A DNA stretch of 64,000 nt from Ginglymostoma cirratum (Eukaryota), in NCBI GenBank assembly GCA_024137785.1, contig JAHRHZ010000270.1, positions 31,998,461 to 32,062,460 of the forward strand. Reading direction: 5' to 3'. Positions 1 to 12,466 of this stretch are shown in pieces. Within the stretch, counting starts at the first letter, position 1. Every line of letters starts with the position of its first letter. The position numbers and the translations under genes are program-made. The notes under the pieces were generated by a model. That model worked only from the letters and a program-made list of their open reading frames with translations, ran no database searches and was not told the origin of the DNA.

Positions 1-47
1 ATGCTGCTTGACCTGCTGTGTTCATCCAGCCCCATGCTTGTTATCTC
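1..47 (+). mobile_element. 3' end of a Neptune-type PLE copy (family A), cut by the window edge
   Basis: Matches 54871-54917 (atgctgcttgacctgctgtgttcatccagccccatgcttgttatctc) and ends at the family's short-arm terminus GTTATCT. Confidence 0.85.
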
Positions 48-97
48 CACTTTTCACTGTACCTTGGTACATGTGACAGTAATAAATCAAATCAGTC
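48..97 (+). mobile_element. Rex/Babar-type LINE or SINE 3' tail
   Basis: ttttcactgtaccttggtacatgtgac...aataaatcaaatca matches the tail of the Rex/Babar fragment at 28753-28800 (minus strand). Confidence 0.65.
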
Positions 98-539
98 AAA
101 GTGCTCAGTTTAGACAGCACACAGTCTCCAGAGCTTGACAAAAACCCGAAACACTTTATGGTCAAAAATATTTATGATAAGTAAGATTTTTGATGTAGCT
201 CAGGGGCACAATGATGTCTGTAGCCATTAATTCCTTGATCCTGCTGAAGTTAAACAAATATGTTGGGCATCTCAGGAATGAGCAATTGTAAAGGGATTGG
301 TAATGGAAAGTCTCAGTGAGGTCCCAGTAGACATTATTTAGTTGCCTGCAGTCTATGCGTACAATAGCACAGTGTACTTATAATTGAACTAACAGCACAC
401 AGAGCTGAGAAGGGGTAAAGTTATGTGTGGCCTTGTCTCTCTTAATCGAAACACTGGAAATTCAGTCTGGAATTGGACCATACAGCAAGAAGTTAAAAAA
501 AAACTAGACACAAGAAGAAACAAATTTACTCAGCAACTT

Positions 540-735
540 GTGATTAGGAATGAGTAACTTGAAAGAGCAGTGGAATTAGATTCAGCAGAGAATCTCAAAG
601 AGAATTGGATAAATACTTGAAGGGGGGGTAAGAAACTATAGGGGAGTGGGATGAACTGGATAACCCATTCAATGGGCTGGCATAGTCATGACTGGCAGAA
701 TGGGTTCCTTCTGTGCTGCATCATTCTATGATTCT
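540..735 (+). mobile_element. Old CR1 LINE 3' fragment
   Basis: CR1-type 3' UTR ending in ...ctgtgctgcatcattctatgattcta. Boundaries approximate. Confidence 0.55.
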
Positions 736-2101
736 ATAAATTCATAAGAATGTTTCTGGTTTGATAACCTAGTCTGTGCTGAGTTAATGGATCTCAGCAA
801 AGATCAGGGATGGAAGATTCACTTGGCTTCCGCGGTCCCCAGGATCCACCTGTCCTTTAGTCAGCTGTGTGTCTGATGTGTTTTAAAAATTTCCCCTGAG
901 AGTTGCTAGCATGCCCAGCAATTTCTATGCATCTCTTGAGAAGATGATGGTGCACCTTCAGCTTAAACTGTTGCAGTCTACCATTCTTTTGCCAAATCAG
1001 CCTTGACAAATTATGAATTCACCGAGCCCACTAAATTCAAAGACTTTTCATTGCAACAAGCCCATCCATTTCCACAGTTAATCCTACTTTGCAAACTTCC
1101 TCCCTGCCAGTGCCATACAGTCCTGTTCCCACTGTTAACACATCTCACCCAGCAGCTCAGTCCTACCCATTGAATATCTTCCCAAACTCAGCATATTTGC
1201 TGCAGTACTTCTCATCTGCAGCCCCTCAAAGTTCGGTTATCCCTTTCACATTCTAACTATTACCATTTGATCAATTCCCCTAATGGAAAGGTCACCAGAT
1301 ACATTGTTTCATAAAATTATATACAAGTTACTTACACAGGCGCAGACCATTCTACCCAACTGGTCAATGACCTCTGTCTACTTATGTCTTCTCCTTCATT
1401 AATGTAACTTTTCTACTCTTCTTTTCTTCATGTGTTAAGCTAGCTATTATTTGAATGTATTTTAAGTTAAAGAAATTGCAGAAAAGTGAGTAATGATCGT
1501 ATAGTAAAGCCAATAGGCTGACTGAATGGAAGGTCATAAAAACGTCTTGTCATAACCGTGGAGGGACCGACTGAACAACTGGAGAATGATAGTTTCATTG
1601 GCAAGGAACATGTTATTTTTGCATGCTTTCAACATGATTCGTGTCACAATGTACAACAAATATGGAACAGAATTGACAAACAATTTCCTCCCTGGAAAAT
1701 TAATTATCTGATGTGCTTGGTATTCAAATGGGAAAAAAAACAAATTAATTAAACCATGTTGAGGTTGGTTGGCTCGCCGAGCTGGTTTGTTGTTCCGCAG
1801 ATGTTTTGCTACCGTGCTTGGTAACACCCTCAGTGCAGCCCCTGATGAAGCGTCGGTGTGTTTTCCTGCCTGGCTTTTAAACTCTGGGGTCCATTGTGAA
1901 GGATTGCGTCACTTCCGGGTTTCCTCTGTAGTGGAATGTATATGGGGTTGAGTTCAATATGTTTATTAATAGCCTGCTTCGTGGAGTGCCATGCTTCCAG
2001 GAATTCTCATGCTTGTCTCTGCCTAGCCTGTCCCAGGATCTTGGCGTGTAGAATCTTTCTGATGCAGTTCCATATATGACTCCCACAGTGCCGAACAGAA
2101 T

Positions 2102-2668
2102 CAGAAAGATTCTACACACCCCGACACACTCATCACACTACCCTACATCAGGAACACGTCAGAACTCACCACAAGACTTCTACGACTGCTGGGCATCAGA
2201 GTGGCACACAAACCCACATCAACCCTACAACAAGTGCTCACCCGAACTAAAGAACCACTCCCCACCATGGACAGGGCCAATGTCATCTACAAGATCCCCT
2301 GCAGAGACTGCGAGAAACACTACATCGGACAAACAGGAAGGAAACTAACAACAAGAGTACACGAACACCAACTGGCTACAAAAAGACACGACCAATATTC
2401 TCTCATCTCAATCCACATGGACAAGGAAAACCACAACTTCCACTGGGACAACACCAAGATCCTGGGACAGGCTAGGCAGAGACAAGCACGAGAATTCCTG
2501 GAAGCATGGCACTCCACGAAGCAGGCTATTAATAAACACATTGAACTTGACCCCATATACATTCCACTACGGAGGAAACCCGGAAGTGAGGCAATCCATC
2601 ACAACAGACCCCAGAGTTTAAAAGCCAGGCGGGAAAACACACCGATGCTTCATCCGAGGCTGCACTGA
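2102..2668 (+). pseudogene. 5'-truncated PLE ORF: RT-EN linker plus GIY-YIG endonuclease
   Basis: Open frame ...ITLPYIRNTSELTTRLLRLLGIRVAHKP...NVIYKIPCRDCEKHYIGQTGRKLTTRVHEH...REFLEAWHS...IN. It shows the VIY/YIG motifs, CxxC, and conserved R, E and N. Confidence 0.9.
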
Positions 2669-2703
2669 GGATGTTACCAAGCATGGTAACGAAATGTCTG
2701 CGG
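2660..2703 (+). ncRNA. Minimal type-I hammerhead ribozyme, PLE family B
   Basis: Stem I ctgca/tgcgg; core CTGAGGA (2665-2671); stem II GTTACC-aagcat-GGTAAC; GAAA-TG-TC, where TG is a likely CpG-decayed CG. Confidence 0.75.
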
Positions 2704-3049
2704 AACAACAAACCAGCTTGGCGAGCCAACCAACCTCAACATCCACAACCCGAGCTACAAATCTACTCCAAAACCATAATTAAACCATTAGACAAGAGCA
2801 AACATTGGCTCAGGTATTTATTATTGTTCTAACATTGTCATATATTATCTATCATAATACCATACCTCCTTTCCTCTTAAATGTCCTGTCTACATTATTA
2901 GTTTTCTGTTGCCGTGTTTGATTCCCATTTTCTGCCAAATTATAATTGAGTTTTTGAGTTCAGTTATAAATCTGAACATAGGAATTTATAATTTGATAGA
3001 TCTAGCAACTCAGAACTAGGTAGCCATGAGGTGCTATTGGCCATCCGCG

Positions 3050-5400
3050 ACAAAATTGTGTTGAACTGCAGTCGGTGATCTTAGCATAGTCCCCACTCTA
3101 CTATAGCCATCAAGCCAGGGGATCAACCTAGGTTTAATGATGAGTGCAGGAGAATGTACTTAGCAGCATCAGGCATACTTAAAAATGAGGCGTCAACATG
3201 ATGAAGCTACAAAACAGGACTACTTTGTGTGCCAAACAGTGAGAGACAGGGCTAAATGATTCCATAACCAATGGATCATATCCAAGCTCTGCAGTCCTCC
3301 CACATCCAGTCATGAATATTAGTGGACAATTAAACAATTGGAGAAGGCGGCTTCACAGATAACCTTATCCTTAATAATAGGGAAGCCCTGCACATCAGCC
3401 AGAAGTGCAAAGTGGATGATCTATTTCAACCTCCTCAAGATGTCCCTGGCATTAACCAATTCAATACAATCCACATGAAGATCAAGAAACAGCTGAAGGC
3501 ATGTATATTGCAAACATTTGGCAATAATGCTGAACACTTGTGCTTCAGAACTAACTGCACTCTTAGCTAAGCTTTTGGATACAGCTACAACATAAGCATT
3601 TATTCAGCAATGTGGAAAATCACCCAGGTGTGTTCCATGCGCAAGAAGCAGGAGCAACTCAACCCGGCCAATTACTGCCCTGGATCATCAACAAAGTGAT
3701 AGAAGGTGTCGTCAATATTGCTAGCAAGCAACACTTGGCAAGGAATTACTTAATGATGCTCAGTTTGGGTTCCAACAGGACCACTTGGTTCCTGGTATCA
3801 TTACAGCCTCGCTCCAAACATGAACAAAACAGCTGAACACCAGAGATAAGGCAAGCGTGTCTGTCCTTAACACCAGCATTTGACCAAATATGGCATCAAG
3901 CAATCATCTCAGGCCCCAGGACATCATTGCAGGAGTACCTCAGGGTAGTGTCCTGGAGTCAACCATCTTCAGCTGCTTGATCAGTGATCTTCCCTCCATT
4001 TTTAGGTCAGAATGGGGATGTTTGCTGATGGTGCAGCAACACCTAGACAACATTCAGGTTTGGGCTGACAAGTGGCAAATAATCCTTGCACCACACAAGT
4101 GCCCTGCATTGTCCATCTCCAACAAGACAGAATCTAGCAATCAGCCTTTGAAACTCGGGAACAAAAACGGAAGTCATTCCGCAATTACAGAATCCACAGT
4201 TCTTCTGGTTTTTATCAGCCTTTGACACTCAAGAGCTTTAATATCGCTTAGTTCCCACTATTAACATCCTGGGAGATGGCATTGACCAGAATTAGAAATA
4301 GACAGGTCATATACGTACTGTGGCTAGAAGAGCTGGTGAGAGGCTGAGAATTCTACAGAGAAATCTCACCGCCTGTTTCCCAAAAACCTGTCTGTCATTG
4401 ACAAGGCACAAGTCAGCAGTGTGATGGAATAGTCTCCACTTTCTACAAGTGCTCCAGCAACACTTGAAGCATGACACCATCGAGGGCAAAGCTGCCTGTA
4501 TGAACGGCATGTCATTCACCAACTTTAATATTCACTCCCTTCACCACCAAAATACAGTGGCAGCAGTGCGTGCCATCTACAAAGTGTACTGCAGTAACAT
4601 GCCAAGGCCAATTCTGCAGCACCTTACAAATCCTGGCCAATTAGCGAAGGCCTGAAAGGTTATGCCCGAAACCAGAGTGGGCAATCTTCGAGCAGCCAGA
4701 CCTGATGGGTCTTTCAGGACAGGGCAAGCACAAAGTGGGCGTAGCACAAGACACAGGCAGGCAAGGACAAGCCTGGGTTTGCCCTGTAAAATGAGGCTGG
4801 CTTGTGTATTGGAGATGACAACGTGTGAAACCAAGTTCATTCCAGCCTGGTCAAGTTTAACTGCACGGTAGTACCTCGTCCTAGTCTGGCAGCCAGAGTA
4901 GTTTAGATAAAGATTGTGATAAAGACTTAATGTTCTGATTAGTAGAGTAATTAATATAAGAACCTTGAATTTTATCATGAAAGAGCAGGGTTTTAGATAA
5001 TGTTTGGCCATATGGATTCTTTTGTGTCTTCAGTCTATTTTGTGAATAAAATTGCTTTGAATTGCAAGTCAACTCTGACTCTTTTGTTCATCTCAAATAT
5101 TGTACCTGAGTAAAACAACTCGGCAAAGTATCCAAAGAATGGACAACAAAATCCAATGGCTTCTACCTCCCAGAAGGACAAGGATGACAGGTACATGGGA
5201 ACTCCACCACCTGCAAGCTCCCTATCAAATCACACACCCATTCTGACTTGGAAATATATTACCGTTCCTGCAATGACACTGGGTCAAAATTCTAGAACTC
5301 ACTTCCTCACCGAACTGAGATTGAAAGATTGCAGAGGTTCAAGAATGCAGCTCATTATGACCTGCTCCCAGGCAATTAGGGTTGGACGACTACCATTGGT
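3050..5400 (+). mobile_element. Degenerate CR1/L2-group LINE, interrupted by a solo LTR
   Basis: RT remnants GVPQGSVL..IFSCLISDLP and IQVWADKWQI..PHKC. LINE sequence resumes at ~5155 after the LTR. Confidence 0.75.
4634..5148 (+). mobile_element. Solo LTR, 515 bp
   Basis: TG...CA termini; 6-bp TSD AAATCC at 4628-4633 and 5149-5154; internal AATAAA near 5045; inserted cleanly into a LINE. Confidence 0.75.
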
Positions 5401-5404
5401 CTAG

Positions 5405-5596
5405 AGATAACAAAGTGTGGAACTGGAGGAACACAGCAGGCTGGGCAGCATTATAGGAACAGAAAAGCTTTTCTGAAGAAGGGTCCTGACCGGAAACATC
5501 AACTTTCCTGTTCCTCTGATGCTGCCTGACCTGCTGTGTTCTTCCAGCTCCACAATGTGTTATCTCTGACTCCAGCATGTGCAGTTTTTGCAATCT
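5405..5596. mobile_element. Miniature fold-back PLE (family A related) with a decayed hammerhead at the apex
   Basis: Arms are mutually inverted. 15-bp TSD CTACCATTGGTCTAG at 5390-5404 and 5597-5611. Core reads CTGAAGA-A-GGGTC-ct-GACCG-GAAA-CA-TC. Confidence 0.85.
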
Positions 5597-5699
5597 CTAC
5601 CATTGGTCTAGCTTGTGATTCCAATAACCCTGAGCAATTAAACAAAGAAAACTGTAAAAAAAACTCAAAATAAACCTAAGAATATTTATTCAATATATT

Positions 5700-7462
5700 A
5701 GATTTGGGTGAGCCTTCTAGGGGGTCTGAGGGACATGGACTATGGCAGCATGTGGCCAAATCGGAGAACAGATCCGGCAATGTCCATCTCAAAGTGAGAG
5801 CAACCCATAATATCTTGTGTGCTTTTCAGAAGTGGAGCAGTGAGATTCTTGCTAAACAGGAATGGATTGCCAATTGGTCTCAATAAACGCTTTGACACAC
5901 CAAATCACCTCATTACCAATCAGCCTCACATGTTACCAAACTCATGAAACAAGTCTATTGTTCAGAAAATTTGAGATTGAAGCCAAAGCCCACACCAGGT
6001 GGATTCAGCTCTCCACCTGCTCCATGTGGCTTCCACACTGGAAACTCGGCAGCAACATCTTGGGGCATGCTCTGTGCACACAATCTGTGCACACCTCATG
6101 CCCATGGACATTGACATCTGGCATTTGCCAGATTCTAATAAGGACCCTCATGGCTCTCTTGCGATCCACTTTTGGATGCTTCTGCATTTCAATGCTGCTT
6201 CCCAGGCTGTACCAGCTACTATCATTGTAATGCTGCAGGCAAAGACACTATGCACTCGGGGATACAGCCGGGCCGGGCTGCATACCAGAGCTCTTTGCTT
6301 GCTGTCATAACACACACTATCTCAGCCTTCCTGGATGATCACAATCTCCCAGCCTTGCATCGCAGTTTTGTGCTTTGCCCCTCAATTGAGGTACACATTA
6401 CTTTTGTCTTGTTCTTTAGTGTAGACACAAAGCCAGGGAGCTTCGGGTGGTCCGAGTCTGGATCTCAACACGTAAGAGGTGGGAGCCAGAGGCAGGCACG
6501 TATCACAGGAGACAAATGTTGGTGACATAGCTACTACTGTAGGAAAGAGATGCCCTGAATGAGTTTTTTTTCCTATTCATTTGTGGAATGTGGGCATCAC
6601 TGGCTGGCCAGCATTACTTTCTTATTCCTAGTTGCCTTTGAGAAGGTGGTGGTGAGCTGCCTTCTTGAACCGCTTCAGTCCTCCTGCTTTGGGTTGACCC
6701 ACAGTGCAATGAGGGAGGAAATTCTAGGATTTTGACCCAGCGACAGTGAAGGAATGTCAACATGATTCCAAGTCAGGATGGTGAGTGGCTTGGAGAGGAA
6801 CTTGGATGTGATGGTGTTCCCACATGTCTGCTGCCCTTGTCCTTCTAGATGGAAGTGGTCGTGTGGAGTGAGTAGGCAGTGCAGAGGTCATGCAGAGTCA
6901 GGGTTGGGGTGGATGATGGCAAGTGAGGGAAGATGTTACAGGCAATAATGAGTTTTAGAACATAAGCCTTGGCGGAAGGTGGGTAGAGAATGAGAGTGAG
7001 TAAGTGAGAGAAGAGAAGAAGATGGCACTTTCTCTAGCAGAGTGGACAAGGTCATTCTACTACTTCTTTCCCCATTCTATAGGACCTCCAGGACTCACCT
7101 CAAAGTAGGCACCAATTTTCCCCTGTCTGCCATGTCTGGGTAAATGTCAGGATTTGTACAGGGCAGCTCCAGGTGGATGATGCTTTTTCCAGGTGGACTG
7201 GTGGGCTTTCAAAGATGGAATGAGTGCAATGGATGCCTGCCTTTTGGGGGATATTGCTCGGTGGTGAGTTGTTTCAAGGATGGTGGTCGGTAAGGTGGGG
7301 CCAGAACTGAACATGCGGGACACCATAGGGACCTTGTAGGTAATTACTGAAGTAAATTTGCTAATGTAGGGTGAGAGAACCCACTAAGCCTCGTAGCTAA
7401 AAACTGTCAAAAAAAACCCCAACGCAACTCAGACTTAGATAAAAAGACACAAGATTCAGCCC
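5700..7462 (-). mobile_element. Probable Harbinger-derived non-autonomous DNA element (decayed Myb/SANT ORF start)
   Basis: Minus strand 7030-7135 reads MADRGKLVP...LEVL...NDLVHSAR, resembling 34815-35050. The end at ~7462 reads GGGCTGAATCTT, which is TIR-like. The left boundary is uncertain. Confidence 0.45.
6563..6865 (-). mobile_element. 3' end of the CR1/L2-group LINE family seen at 5155-5400
   Basis: Reverse-complement similarity to 5155-5400, with an A-rich tail at 6563-6572. Confidence 0.7.
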
Positions 7463-7774
7463 TTTTCATCTTTTTAAAGCCTTCACAGGATTTCTAATTG
7501 AAAGCCTCTTAATATCATTGGTTTCAGTTTGAGTTAGCTTCCAAAGCTGTGACTGCATGAGATGCATGACAGAACCAGAGGTGTAATTTAGATTCTATTG
7601 TCTTAGCATGCACGGTAAACCTAAATTACTGGAATGCCTTTAAATGAGATTTATTGATGCAATTTTTTTCAATATTTAGAACTTTCTGCTCAGTAAGTTT
7701 TTGTAAATCTAAAGTTTTATTGCTCCTCCAGCGGATACAAAAGATCCAATGGCACCATTTTGAAGAACGTGACA

Positions 7775-8825
7775 CAAAACAGAAGCAAAAATGGGCCATT
7801 CAGCCCCTCAAACCTGCTCCACCATTCAACAAGATCATATCTGATTTGTTCTAGCCTCAACTCCTTTTTTGTGCCAGCACGTGGCAGCCCTCCACTTCCT
7901 GATATTTCAACAAAAAAAATCTACCTACCTCCTCTCTTAAAATGCTTTGTGATCTCACCTCCACAACTGTCAGGGGAAGAGAATTCCAAACATTCACCAT
8001 TGAGAAAGGAAATCGCTTTGCAACTCAGTTTTAAATGCATGCTCCCTTAGTTTGTAAATATATCCTCTTAGTTTGAGGTTGCCTACTAGTGGAGACATTT
8101 TCTCAACATTTACCCAGTCAAGGCTCCTCAATCATGTATGTTTTAATGAGATTATTTATCATTTCTCAGTGGTAGTGTCCGTACCTCTGGAGGTCCATGT
8201 TCAAGTCCCAGTTGTAATAAAAACTCTGGACAGTTCAATTGGAAAATGGCTATCTCTCATTCTTCTAAACTTAAATGAATAAAGGCCTAACCTGTTCAGC
8301 CATTTTTGATACGCCAACCCCTTCATCCCAGGATTTAGCCCATTGAGCTGCCTCCAATGTCAGTATATCCCTTCTTAAATATGGGAACCAAAACTGTACA
8401 CAGTACTCCAAATGCAGTCTCACCACTGCATATCTATAATAAGACTTCCCTATTTTTAAACTCCAGCCCTCACCATAACAATAAAAGGCAAAATTCAATT
8501 TGTTTTCTTAATTACTTGCTGCGTCTGCATGTTTTCTGTGTTTCATGCACAAGAACACTCACATCATTCTGTGCTGCACATTTTTGGAATCTCTGTCCAT
8601 TTAAGTAATAGTCTGCCTTTTGATTCTTCCTACCAAAGTGCATGATTCACACATTTCTACCTTAAACTCCATCTGCCAAAGTTTTGCCTATTCACTCAAC
8701 CTATCTGTAATCCTCTTGAAAATTTCTTAGGTCCTCATCATGCCATGGCCTCCTACCTATTTTTGCATCATCAGCAAATTTGGATATGTTATACTCTATC
8801 CCCTTCTCCAAGTTATTTCTACAAA
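7775..8825 (-). mobile_element. CR1 LINE 3' fragment
   Basis: VRLHLEYCVQFWFPYLRRDI motif followed by a CR1-type 3' UTR. Confidence 0.8.
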
Positions 8826-10393
8826 TAACAACGCAACTGCATTAGAAACAGTTAAAAAATGGCTGTAACCATTGACTTGCCTTGTCCAATACCATGGGCA
8901 ATTCATTAATACACATTAAAGCAAATACTTTTGAAGAATTAATTTTGTATTTTAACTTACAAAGCGGGTTGTTTTGCTTTTTACTGGCTTGATGGTTAAG
9001 AACTTGTGCGATTTCTTGGTTTACTTTCCACTGAAAACTTAGGTATTTAAACTGCGTTGTATGTTTTGCATTCTTCACATTAGTGTTGAAACTTAAAGAA
9101 TTTAGGACTTCCATGTCCTTCAGTCAAAATATCCATGTCAAAAATTAATTGAACACTAGGTAACCAATTTGAATCTAGATGTTAATCATATGTATTTTGC
9201 CACAGATATCTATCAATACCGACCTCTCCACACAAATATTTCAGATCTAATCTGTGTCCATTTTACTTATACTTATATCTTGCAGCCAAAGAGGCTTTGT
9301 TTTTAAAAAGTTTTCAGTACAGGAAGATCAGCAGTGGGAATTTTGTATTATTATGCCTTTTCCTTAACTCCTGCTCAGATGGGTTGAATTAACATGCACA
9401 CACACAAACACACATACATGGTTGAACCCAAGAGTTTCTTGATTTGCAAGTCTAATGCAAACTTACATCCAATGAACTGAAGGGTTGAGCTCTGATTTTC
9501 TATAGTTTATCAGCACTTATTTTTCACTAGCTCTGCAACCGATAAAATGGTCGGTGTATCGCATTAAAGCCTTCACTGTTTTATTTTCTCAATGCAAATG
9601 CTTCTTTTTGGGAGGTGAATGGTTATGGCAATAATTAGCACAAGAAAACTCATACAGAAACAGCTTCAACCCTGAGTGACGTAATTGACACTAATGTTCA
9701 AGAAATAAACTGAACATGCCTTAATTCAGTGTTCCCGAAAGAAACCGCAATGCTAGTTCTTTATGGCTTTTCTTCTGGAATACTATAGCACCTTAAATGA
9801 TTTCAGGTCGAAGGTACCATCTGCTAGACAAGACGTTGAACAAGATGTAATTGAATCCATGACACTATTTTGAATAACAGCTTGGGGAGCTTGCTACAAT
9901 GTTCTGGTTTACTTTGAGATACTCTCTAAATAACCTGATCAGAGATGTTACTATACATTTTTGGAGCATGTGGAACGTGAACCCAGGACACCTGGTTCAG
10001 AGGTAAGGACACTGCAGCACAAGAGCCTCTTCTGGCCTATCTTTAACCATCAGCCAAAGAAAAAAAAATCATGTGTTCATTCCCACATTATTGTTTGTGA
10101 AATCTTGCTGTTAACAATTTGGTTGCTGTGCTTTCTCAATGATAACAGTGTTGGCACTCGAAGTACTTCATTGGTTGTAAAACACTCTGGGATGTCTTGA
10201 GGTTGTGAAAGGCTGTATATGAACGTAAACATTTGTTTCTTTTCTTTAATGAGGTAATGTTACTCTTTTAGGTGGTCCAGTTACACATTCCATACCATAC
10301 ATCGAAATCTATGTCTAGGTTGCTAACTGTGGCGGTTAAGAAATTCTTACATGGTTTTCATATATTCCCATTTCCCATGCATTCTTAAACTAA

Positions 10394-10491
10394 GTCAGAA
10401 GTCACACGACGCCACGTTATAGTCCAACAGGTTTAGTTGAAATCACAAGCTTTTGGAGCTACAGCCCCTTCACCAGGTCCAACCTCCACAT
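10394..10491 (-). mobile_element. Short PLE family C copy (decayed hammerhead plus terminal segment)
   Basis: Similar to 22240-22425. 14-bp TSD CATTCTTAAACTAA at 10380-10393 and 10492-10505. Minus strand reads CTGGTGA-A-GGGGC-tgta-GCTCC-AAAA-GC-TT-GTGA. Confidence 0.8.
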
Positions 10492-10778
10492 CATTCTTAA
10501 ACTAAAGCTTTTGTTAGACTCTGACATATTCAGAGTTCTGTTTCTGTGATTAATGTTCCAGGCTAAAGAAACAAGCTATTTAAAATTCATGGATGTGAAG
10601 ATTAAATAGTCAGATATCAGGAAAAATGGTAACGATAGGAGCAGTTTTTGGATTTGAATGACTTCATTGTCCCATGGCACAATGCTGTTCATTTTCTGTA
10701 GTAGGGTGAATGATCTAAGGTGGAAGTCATGAGCTTTATAAATATGGTGTTTATGTATTTGAACATACACTTGAGAAT

Positions 10779-10951
10779 ATGGAAATTGGAAAACGAGTAA
10801 AACTTGAATATGATGCAAACATGTCTAACTCCAACTCACCTCAACCACCTGAATGTAGACATCCAGCAGAGCTTCTGGGAAAGCTCAAACTTATGCACCA
10901 ATTGCTTGTTGCATCTCAAGAACACCTAGGAAATGTTCAACTAGATTTAAG
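10779..10951 (+). CDS. Candidate first coding exon of an unidentified gene (MEIGKRVKLEYDANMSNSNSPQPPECRHPAELLGKLKLMHQLLVASQEHLGNVQLDL)
   Basis: 77 stop-free codons from 10719 in non-repeat DNA; aatATGG start context; canonical AAG|GTAAGT donor at 10951/10952; possible acceptor ttcattttctgtag at 10701. No homolog recognised. Confidence 0.3.
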
Positions 10952-12466
10952 GTAAGTAGTTTTTATTTGTTTTTTTAAATTTAAATGGACTGAGGCCTGA
11001 ATTACGTTTCCATGGATACAGGGCAGGCCTTGGGCCTGTCTGTCCGTCCTTTAAAACTGCTGAGGCCTAAATTGCAGATACCAACTGAAGGTCAGTTATC
11101 TTGATAAGGGTTTTTTTTAAAACCTACCAGCAAAGGCTAAAGGAACAGGGGTGCTTACTTAGACTCCATAATAGTCATAATAACTTTTCAAAGCTTTGCC
11201 TAATGCAGTTCTTACTGGGGGCTTACTCTCAGGTCTCTGTCAGCAAAGCAAGTTACCAAAATTCTTCAATGCAAAGTATCATCTGAGGGGGTGACGCCTA
11301 TTAAATACCCTGCACTCTCTGGCATATTGTTAAAGTGACACCTAATTGAATTTTTGACTTAAAGACATAAATACTAGTGTTTGAGTCAAGTGATAGCAGT
11401 ATCAGAAATGAGAGGCCCACATACTGTGCTGTGTGGAGCATTACTTCTCAAGTCTTAAACTGACAAGATTCCATTCCTTTTGGGAAGTCAAGTGCTTCCA
11501 AACTACAAGTGGTCTTACGTTCCTTTGTTTGGAGATGGAATGTTGTGTTGTAAAGACTCCAGACAGTCTACACATAAGTGCTTTTTTTTTTAACTATTGA
11601 CCTGCAGCAGACCACATTCAATTCATTCATAACTGAAAGGTTTATTTCAAGTTGCTTGAGTTTTAGAGGCTGCAGTTGGAATAATGCCAGATGCTATATT
11701 TGAAGCAGCTGTTTGTGGAGTAGATGGGGGCTGCATGAAGTGAACATACCACAGTGCAAGTGTGGAAAAAGTACAGTTATAGTTAAGGCTTTTGGTGTCA
11801 GCTGTGGCTCAGGTGGCGGGTTCAAAACCCACCCTGTCTACACCCCTTACTTAAAATTCTTATCCTTGTTTGCAAATTGGTCCTGGTCCTTGTCCTATTA
11901 TAGCCCTGCATTCTCCTTTAATTCTCATGGGGATTTCTGTGCTCCTCTGATTCTGTCCTTGATTCTCAATGTTCCACCGTTAGTGGCTGTGCCATTAGCT
12001 GCCTGGAGCCTAAGCTTAGCAATTCATTCTCTGCTTCTTAAAAAAACCTATATCGTTGACCAAGCTTTATTGCCTCCTATACTAATACTGCCTCATGGGT
12101 ATCATTGTCAAATTTTGTTCCTGTGAAGCACCTGGGGAGCCTTAGGTGAAATCAGTGTGCTATTGTAATGCAAGTTGTTGTTAGTGTTTATCATCTGGGA
12201 AGAGAAAACAGTAAATGGAGCAAGAGTTGCAGGAAGTATGCCAGCATGAGAGTCACCCCAATGTCACATTAACAATGATACAAAGGGACTGCAATGCCAA
12301 ATATAGGAGAATATTTGGATTAAAAGTTTTAATTTATGAGGACAAATGACATAGATTTGGCTAGTATTCCCTTGAGTACAGAAGGCCTCATGCCGGGATT
12401 GAAGGTTGGTTGATGGAGTTAAGATGCAGATCTGCCACAATTCCAATGAATGGTGAAAACCTGTGT

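Larger units (their letters stand above)
1758..2776. mobile_element. Poseidon/Penelope-clade PLE (family B), fold-back insertion: inverted 3' arm 1756-2044 plus forward arm ~2100-2776
   Basis: Left arm is the reverse complement of ~2453-2742. 12-bp TSD TAATTAAACCAT at 1746-1757 and 2777-2788. The right arm has ~35 extra nt of tail. Confidence 0.9.
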
